A DNA stretch of 14,226 nucleotides from a virus (Duplodnaviria; Heunggongvirae; Uroviricota; Caudoviricetes): IMG/VR virus record IMGVR_UViG_2571042870_000001, one strand, 5' to 3'. Each line of letters opens with the position of its first letter. Within the stretch, counting starts at the first letter, position 1. A program made the translations under genes and the position numbers. This document shows positions 9,336 through 14,226 of the stretch, piece by piece. The notes under the pieces were generated by a model. The model was not told the DNA's origin. It was given only the letters and a program-made list of their open reading frames with translations, and searched no databases.

Positions 9336-10076
9336 TTAACTGTCGGTGACGGTGATTTCTGCAACCACAGCAAGTTCACCATTACCGGATACAACCGGAA
9401 TGTTGACCTTGCCTGCAGCAACACCTTTCACGGTGATGGTCATACCACTGACCGACACGGTGGCTTTTGTTTTATCCGCTGACACCGCACGGAAGCTCTT
9501 GTCGGTTGCGCCTTCCGGCTGGAATGCCACGGTCAGCGTGGTGCTCTGCCCTTTCACCACCGAAGTGCTGGCAGGCGTCACGGTCATGCCGGTTGCCGCT
9601 GTTACCGTGCTGCGATCTTCTGCCATCGACGGACGTCCCACGTTGGTGACTTTCACCGTGCGGGTGATCACTTCCTTCGCCGTCACCGCCTTACCGATAC
9701 TGCTGACCCAGCCGCGGAACACATCGACCGTGCCGTTCGGGAAGCGGATTTTATAGGCACGGGTATCCCCTTCATTAAACCACGCCAGCAGCGCCTGCTG
9801 CCCCTGCTCTCCGGGCATCCACGCCAGCGTGAAGCTGGTATCTCCGGCAGATTTCTGCCCCTGCCCGGTCGCAGTCCAGTCCGCATCTTCATCATCGAGA
9901 TAGCTGTCGTCATAGGACTCAGCGGTCAGTTCGCCGGGCGTCAGGTCTTTAACTTTAGCCAGACGCGACCAGTCAACGTCTGAAAGCGGGTTCGCATAAG
10001 GGTCACCGTTCCCCTTATAAACCCACAGTGTGGTCCCGGCACCTTTCACCGGCATTGTAGGATTTGGTACAGGCAT
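9336..10076 (-). CDS. V: Major tail tube protein V, 246 aa, with C-terminal Ig-like domain
   Basis: Start chosen at ATG 10074-10076 ([22 protein letters not shown]...), giving 246 aa as in lambda gpV. GAGGA Shine-Dalgarno 4 nt upstream. The track's longer ORF from 10106 would overlap U. C-terminal ~90 aa are Thr/Val/Ser-rich, consistent with an Ig-like domain. Confidence 0.9.
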   Translation of the reverse strand: MPVPNPTMPVKGAGTTLWVYKGNGDPYANPLSDVDWSRLAKVKDLTPGELTAESYDDSYLDDEDADWTATGQGQKSAGDTSFTLAWMPGEQGQQALLAWFNEGDTRAYKIRFPNGTVDVFRGWVSSIGKAVTAKEVITRTVKVTNVGRPSMAEDRSTVTAATGMTVTPASTSVVKGQSTTLTVAFQPEGATDKSFRAVSADKTKATVSVSGMTITVKGVAAGKVNIPVVSGNGELAVVAEITVTDS

Positions 10077-10083
10077 AGCGTCC

Positions 10084-10479
10084 TCACATTTCATAGGTAA
10101 TGACATAAGTCAGATCGGCTGAACTCCACAGGCCCGCATCATCGTCGCGCCGGTAGTCATAGCCGCTGGCCACCATACTGGTGATCAAATCTGACAGTGC
10201 CGGGATATCACTCATCACCGGATAAATCCGGGACTCCATCCACGCATCCAGCTCTGAATCCGGCACCTGAGCAGGCAGGAAAACTTCGATATGCAGCTCC
10301 GCCTGCCAGGTATCGCTGTCCAGCTCTTCGCCCGTGTATTCAGCGCCGGTGAGATAAACGGCAACTGCCGGAAAATCCGCCTCATCAAAAACAGCGGGGC
10401 GACCATCAAAAAACGTCGCCCCGGTGTCATGCTTCTCCAGTGCATCCAGTACGGCTGCACGGAGTTCAGTATGTTTCAT
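10084..10479 (-). CDS. U: Tail terminator protein U, 131 aa
   Basis: 131-aa ORF, same length and position as lambda gpU. ATG overlaps the Z stop (ATGA). Confidence 0.92.
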   Translation of the reverse strand: MKHTELRAAVLDALEKHDTGATFFDGRPAVFDEADFPAVAVYLTGAEYTGEELDSDTWQAELHIEVFLPAQVPDSELDAWMESRIYPVMSDIPALSDLITSMVASGYDYRRDDDAGLWSSADLTYVITYEM

Positions 10480-11054
10480 CGCTTTATTACCATCCTCAGT
10501 TGATGCTGCAGCGCATAGCCCAGCTCTTTCGGAAGACGTTCACGCCGTATCCGCTCAATATTTTGTTTAAACGCCGTGGTCAGCGGCACCGCCATCGGGA
10601 TTTTCACCACATCAATGGGGTAACGGTTTTTCCCGGCCACACGCTGCATGACATGCCACCGGCCATTTTTCAGTTGCTGAATAAACGCGCCGGGAATACG
10701 ACGGTTACCCACCACAAGCACGCTGCCGCCACCTTTCAGGGCTGAACGCTGCCCCTTTTTACGACGCCTGCGTCGGGACAGGACAATCCGCGCGTTACCC
10801 AGCTTTATTACGGGCAAATCCCCCCGGTTAACCTTGATTCTGGCCTGCGGATTTTTTACCGTAGCCCTTTTCAGCCTGGCCCTTTCCTTTACCAGTTTCC
10901 GGCGTACCTTTGTCTCACGGGCAACCTGTGACGCCGACTGCGATATCGCGGATGAAGCAACGCGGTTAATGGCCATTGCGGCAGCACCGGGCACCGCCGT
11001 TCTGCTGATACGGCTGAGGTTTTCAACGGCCTGCTCAAGACCTTTTATGGCCAT
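10476..11054 (-). CDS. Z: Tail completion protein Z, 192 aa
   Basis: 192-aa ORF, same length and position as lambda gpZ. Contains a basic patch RRRRRKKGQR. Confidence 0.9.
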   Translation of the reverse strand: MAIKGLEQAVENLSRISRTAVPGAAAMAINRVASSAISQSASQVARETKVRRKLVKERARLKRATVKNPQARIKVNRGDLPVIKLGNARIVLSRRRRRKKGQRSALKGGGSVLVVGNRRIPGAFIQQLKNGRWHVMQRVAGKNRYPIDVVKIPMAVPLTTAFKQNIERIRRERLPKELGYALQHQLRMVIKR

Positions 11055-11065
11055 ACATCCCCCTT

Positions 11066-11419
11066 TCAGCGGCGACGGTTAACGGCAGGCGGTACGCCCC
11101 GCCCAAGCCAGAGATGACAGCTTCCGCCATCATCCGGCGAAATCCGGTCTATCCAGAAGTTTTCCTCACCGATGGTCAGCGTGTCGCCGCGCCGCAGCTG
11201 CCGCACATCATCAGTCCGGACAAACAGGGACGGGCTGGAGCCTTCAACGCGCACGCCCGGTCCGGCATAGCTGATATTTTCAGGGTCATCAAAAACACCA
11301 CGTATCACAGCACCGGACTGCTCACCGGATGTCATGGTGGCTGACGTTCCCATGTACCCGCGTATCGTTTCATCGGCGCGGGCAATGGCAGCATCGAACA
11401 GATTATCGAAATCAGCCAC
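11066..11419 (-). CDS. FII: Head-tail joining protein FII, 117 aa
   Basis: 117-aa ORF, same length and position as lambda gpFII, between FI and Z. Confidence 0.92.
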   Translation of the reverse strand: MADFDNLFDAAIARADETIRGYMGTSATMTSGEQSGAVIRGVFDDPENISYAGPGVRVEGSSPSLFVRTDDVRQLRRGDTLTIGEENFWIDRISPDDGGSCHLWLGRGVPPAVNRRR

Positions 11420-11430
11420 AGCGCCTCCCG

Positions 11431-11826
11431 TTATTGCATTCTGGCCAGGCCGCGCTCTGTCATTTCAACTGCCACACCGGCAGAGACACGGAACGCCGTT
11501 CCCGGCAGCACAAATGCCACAGCCTCATCCCGCGTGGCGTGAAGTGCATCAGTATGCAGCGTCACCAGTGCCACAACCGTGACCAGATCAGCCGTATCAG
11601 TCACGGTATCCGGCTGCGCTGATACCAACTCATTTTCATGCCCGGTCAGCGCATTTTCCGGGCTGACAGATGTGTCCTGACCGGCAGCGTCATCCGTGTC
11701 ATTAAGCTCCTCTTCCAGCTCTGCCACACGGAGTGCCAGTTCTTCTTTCGTCCCCGTCAGGCTGACATCACGGTTCAGTTGCTCACCCAGCACCTGAAGA
11801 CGGGCAATCAGTTCATCTTTCGTCAT
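11431..11826 (-). CDS. FI: DNA packaging / head assembly protein FI, 132 aa
   Basis: Start chosen at ATG 11824-11826 (MTKDELIARLQVLGEQ...), preceded by GGAGGAG. Gives 132 aa as in lambda gpFI. The track's longer ORF starts at an ATG inside the E-FI hairpin. Confidence 0.85.
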   Translation of the reverse strand: MTKDELIARLQVLGEQLNRDVSLTGTKEELALRVAELEEELNDTDDAAGQDTSVSPENALTGHENELVSAQPDTVTDTADLVTVVALVTLHTDALHATRDEAVAFVLPGTAFRVSAGVAVEMTERGLARMQ

Positions 11827-11847
11827 GGACTCCTCCACAGAGAGAAA

Positions 11848-11865
11848 ATGGCCCCGAAGGGCCAT
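11848..11865 (-). terminator. Perfect 7-bp hairpin with UUCG tetraloop (AUGGCCC-UUCG-GGGCCAU) just downstream of E, followed by AUUUUCUCUCU
   Basis: Read directly: plus 11848-11865 atggccccgaagggccat is a perfect palindrome around a 4-nt loop. On the minus-strand transcript the loop is UUCG. Lies between E stop (11868-11870) and FI start (11826). Confidence 0.35.
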
Positions 11866-11867
11866 GA

Positions 11868-12893
11868 TTACGCCAGTTGTACGGACACGAACGCATCAGG
11901 GTCAGCCAGCAGCATCAGCGGTGCTGACTGAATCATGGTGAACTCACGCGCCGGATCGCCGGTGGTCACCCAGTTTTTCGGGTAGCGGGCAGAGGCGTTA
12001 ATACCTTCGCGCTGTGCGTCCGCATCCTGAATGCAGCCATAGGTGCGCAGACCGCGTGCCTGAGTGTTCCCCAGCACCATCGTGTTGTCCGGCAGGAAGT
12101 TCTTTTTGACGTCGTTTTCCACGTACTGTCCGGAATACACGACGATCGCCGTATCGCCATACATCCCCTTATAGGACACCGCTTCGCCCAGGTCTTTTAC
12201 CGCAGTCTCCAGCTCGGAATTAGAGCCGCGACGGGTATCCAGCTTCTCCTTGACGGCTTTGAAGGAACGGAACAGCGCCCAGCCTTTCGGATCGAACACG
12301 ATGATATTCACCACACCGCTGGCGTTCAGCGCGTAGGCTTCGATATCGTCGGTCGGGTCATACGTGGACTTGTCACGCTTGCTCCACTCCGTACCGCCGG
12401 ACTGCGTGATGTTGTTCGCCGCACTGCGGCCCATATCCACCTCAACCGGATCGAAGGCTTCACCGGTCATGGTGTATTTGCCCTTGAGCACGGCAGAAAC
12501 TGCCTGCATCTCTTCGACCTGGGCAATGGCCAGCTCTTCGTCACGCATGTTCTGCATGATGATGCGACGGCGACGGTAAGCCGGATCCGCCAGATTCTGT
12601 GGATCTTCATCCGGCAGGCGACGCAGGGTCATCTGCGGATTCACCTCATGCTTGGGTTTGACATATCCCGGCGTAAATTCAGAGGTGGAGCCGCCACGGG
12701 AACGGATAACCTCACCGGAAACAATCGGCGAAACGTACAGCGCCATGTTTACCAGTCCCGGAATTTGTGAGAGATAGACTTTCTCCGTGGTGAAGGGATA
12801 GCTCTCACGGAAAAAGAGACGCAGAAACAGCGGATCAAACTTAAATTTCTGCTCATTTGCCGCCAGCAGCTGGGCGGTTGTGTACATCGACAT
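11868..12893 (-). CDS. E: Major capsid protein E, 341 aa
   Basis: Start chosen at ATG 12891-12893 (MSMYTTAQLLAANEQKFKFDP...), giving 341 aa as in lambda gpE. The track ORF from 12920 would run into the D-E spacer hairpin. Confidence 0.93.
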   Translation of the reverse strand: MSMYTTAQLLAANEQKFKFDPLFLRLFFRESYPFTTEKVYLSQIPGLVNMALYVSPIVSGEVIRSRGGSTSEFTPGYVKPKHEVNPQMTLRRLPDEDPQNLADPAYRRRRIIMQNMRDEELAIAQVEEMQAVSAVLKGKYTMTGEAFDPVEVDMGRSAANNITQSGGTEWSKRDKSTYDPTDDIEAYALNASGVVNIIVFDPKGWALFRSFKAVKEKLDTRRGSNSELETAVKDLGEAVSYKGMYGDTAIVVYSGQYVENDVKKNFLPDNTMVLGNTQARGLRTYGCIQDADAQREGINASARYPKNWVTTGDPAREFTMIQSAPLMLLADPDAFVSVQLA

Positions 12894-12930
12894 AAAAAAA
12901 TCCCGTAAAAAAAGCCGCACAGGCGGCCTT
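12894..12930 (-). terminator. Terminator-like element in the D-E spacer: GC stem (GCCGC-CUGU-GCGGC) followed by UUUUUUU ACGGGA UUUUUUU directly before the E start
   Basis: Read directly: plus 12914-12918 gccgc and 12923-12927 gcggc form the stem. Plus 12894-12913 is aaaaaaatcccgtaaaaaaa, giving two U7 tracts on the transcript. Confidence 0.35.
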
Positions 12931-12948
12931 TAGTGATGAAGGGTAAGG

Positions 12949-13281
12949 TTAAACGATGCTGATTGCCGTTCCGGCAAACGCGGTCCGTTTTTTCGTCTCG
13001 TCGCTGGCAGCCTCCGGCCAGAGCACATCCTCATAACGGAACGTGCCGGACTTGTAGAACGTCAGCGTGGTGCTGGTCTGGTCAGCAGCAACTGCAAGAA
13101 TGCCAACGGCAGCACCGTCGGTGGTGCCATCCCACGCAACCAGCTTACGGGTGGCGGTGTCCAGCATCAGCGGGGTCATTGCAGGCGCTTTCGCACTCAA
13201 TCCGCCGGGCGCGGTTGCGGTATGAGCCGGGTCACTGTTGCCCAGCGGCTGGTAATGGGTAAAGGTTTCTTTGCTCGTCAT
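12949..13281 (-). CDS. D: Capsid decoration protein D, 110 aa
   Basis: Start chosen at ATG 13279-13281 ([12 protein letters not shown]...), giving 110 aa as in lambda gpD. Near-identical to lambda gpD as I recall it. The track ORF starts 2 codons upstream (MFM...). Confidence 0.92.
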   Translation of the reverse strand: MTSKETFTHYQPLGNSDPAHTATAPGGLSAKAPAMTPLMLDTATRKLVAWDGTTDGAAVGILAVAADQTSTTLTFYKSGTFRYEDVLWPEAASDETKKRTAFAGTAISIV

Positions 13282-13290
13282 AAACATCCC

Positions 13291-13896
13291 TTACACTGGT
13301 GTGTTCAGCAAATCGTTAACGGCATCAGATGCCGGGTTACCTGCAGCCAGCGGTGCCGGTGCCCCCTGCATCAGACGATCCAGCGCAGTGTCACTGCGCG
13401 CCTGTGCACTCTGTGGTGCTGCGGCCAGAATTCGGCGGGCCGTTTCCACGGTCATACCGGGAGTTTCTGCCAGCACGCGAGCCTGTTCTTCGCGTCCGTG
13501 AGCCTCCTCACAGTTGAGGATCCCCATAATGCGGCTGTTTTCTGCCGCAACCGCTGCGGTGATCTGCGCGTTCACGTCCGGCTGCGCCGCGCTGGCGTTT
13601 TCACCCTCCGTCGCTGGCACCACGTCAGTAACGTCAGCCTGCAAAGCAGTGGCTGAAACAGTTGTTGATTGAGTCTCTTTGGTCATTCGCCCTCCTGAGA
13701 GACGGGATTTACGTGCATCCAGCGCATCACGCATGACGGTGATCGCATCGGTGCTGTTAACAAGTTCATCAGCCAGTCCGGCATTAATGGCCTCCTGACC
13801 GCTGTACACTGCAGCCTCGGTATCCAGCACAGCCTGCACGGACAGGCCGGTATATGCCGACACCTTCTGTGCAAACATCCGGCGGGTTGCATCCAT
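13291..13896 (-). CDS. Nu3: Scaffolding protein Nu3, in-frame internal start within the C reading frame, 201 aa
   Basis: ATG at 13894-13896 (MDATRRMFAQKVSAY...) gives a 606-nt ORF sharing frame and stop with C, the same length as lambda Nu3 by recollection. No obvious Shine-Dalgarno seen; start chosen by analogy. Confidence 0.7.
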   Translation of the reverse strand: MDATRRMFAQKVSAYTGLSVQAVLDTEAAVYSGQEAINAGLADELVNSTDAITVMRDALDARKSRLSGGRMTKETQSTTVSATALQADVTDVVPATEGENASAAQPDVNAQITAAVAAENSRIMGILNCEEAHGREEQARVLAETPGMTVETARRILAAAPQSAQARSDTALDRLMQGAPAPLAAGNPASDAVNDLLNTPV

Positions 13897-14226
13897 CCGG
13901 GACTGCAGTGTTTCCCGGACGTCATCCGGTAGATGGCTGTAGGGGTTCAGGAAATCAATATGCCGGTTATCCAGCTCAGGAAAACGTCGCTGCACCGACA
14001 GAGGAATACCGTCGAGAATACTGGATATTTCCCTTGCTATACGCGACAGCACGAAAGTACAGAATGCGGTTTCCACCACTTCAGCCGATTCTTTGGCATT
14101 TTTCAGTTCCTGCGCCGTCGCCTGAGCACGAGTCAGGCGATGGCGCTCAAATTCAAGTGTTCCGGGGTGAAGATCTGCCTCGCTGGCCAGCCGCAGTTCT
14201 TCAACCTCCCGGCGCAGCTTTTCGTT
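13291..14226 (-). CDS. C: Capsid assembly protease C, C-terminal ~311 codons; 5' end lies beyond the window
   Basis: The minus-strand frame of the 13291-14079 ORF stays open to position 14226 (NEKLRREVEELRLASEADLHPGTLEFERHRL...). The track's ATG at 14079 is therefore internal. Position upstream of D and the nested Nu3 match lambda C. Confidence 0.85.
   Translation of the reverse strand, partial: NEKLRREVEELRLASEADLHPGTLEFERHRLTRAQATAQELKNAKESAEVVETAFCTFVLSRIAREISSILDGIPLSVQRRFPELDNRHIDFLNPYSHLPDDVRETLQSRMDATRRMFAQKVSAYTGLSVQAVLDTEAAVYSGQEAINAGLADELVNSTDAITVMRDALDARKSRLSGGRMTKETQSTTVSATALQADVTDVVPATEGENASAAQPDVNAQITAAVAAENSRIMGILNCEEAHGREEQARVLAETPGMTVETARRILAAAPQSAQARSDTALDRLMQGAPAPLAAGNPASDAVNDLLNTPV

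Noticed and set aside
10077-10106. N-terminal extension of V ([10 protein letters not shown]...)
   Set aside because: Overlaps the end of U. The internal ATG at 10076 has a GAGGA Shine-Dalgarno and gives the lambda-length 246-aa protein.
11827-11865. N-terminal extension of FI (MALRGHFLSVEES...)
   Set aside because: Its ATG lies inside the palindromic hairpin downstream of E. The internal ATG at 11826 has a GGAGGAG Shine-Dalgarno and gives the 132-aa lambda-length protein.
12894-12920. N-terminal extension of E (MRLFLRDFF...) and the 2-codon extension of D (MFM..., 13282-13287)
   Set aside because: The E extension would be translated from the U-tract and hairpin spacer. Lambda-length proteins start at the internal ATGs (12893 and 13281).
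13291-14079. C or Nu3 called as a complete 262-aa ORF starting at 14079
   Set aside because: The frame is open upstream to the window edge, so 14079 is an internal Met of C. The Nu3 start was placed at 13896 by length analogy.
1-14226. Search for CRISPR repeats, tRNA-like structures, IS terminal inverted repeats or att-site direct repeats
   Set aside because: No regularly spaced direct repeats, cloverleaf-like segments or transposase-like ORFs were seen by eye. The only repeats noted are the short junction hairpins already reported. A by-eye scan cannot exclude short elements.

Overview
The whole window is the late morphogenetic (head and tail) operon of a lambda-like siphovirus or prophage, read in reverse complement. 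Every gene is on the minus strand, in lambda order and with lambda-like lengths: C (5' end outside the window) with nested Nu3, D, E, FI, FII, Z, U, V, G and the G-T frameshift product, H, M, L, K, I and J. Genes are tightly packed, with coupled or overlapping stop/start junctions (ATGA at H/M and Z/U, TGATG at M/L, a 103-nt K/I overlap). I found no tRNA, CRISPR array, IS element, or inserted cargo gene between the structural genes, and no evidence of a novel defence or accessory system. The features most worth a second look are: (1) the 3' end of J (receptor-binding region), which is lower in GC than the rest of the operon, in a J that is 33 codons longer than lambda J as I recall it; (2) three terminator-like hairpins at gene junctions inside the operon (I/J, E/FI, D/E); (3) the conserved GGGAAAG -1 frameshift site for G-T; (4) the K start site and its two peptidase-like motifs. 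All homology statements rest on my recollection of lambda proteins and on motifs visible in the translations; no database search was run. Plus-strand ORFs in the track are antisense to these genes and are treated as spurious.
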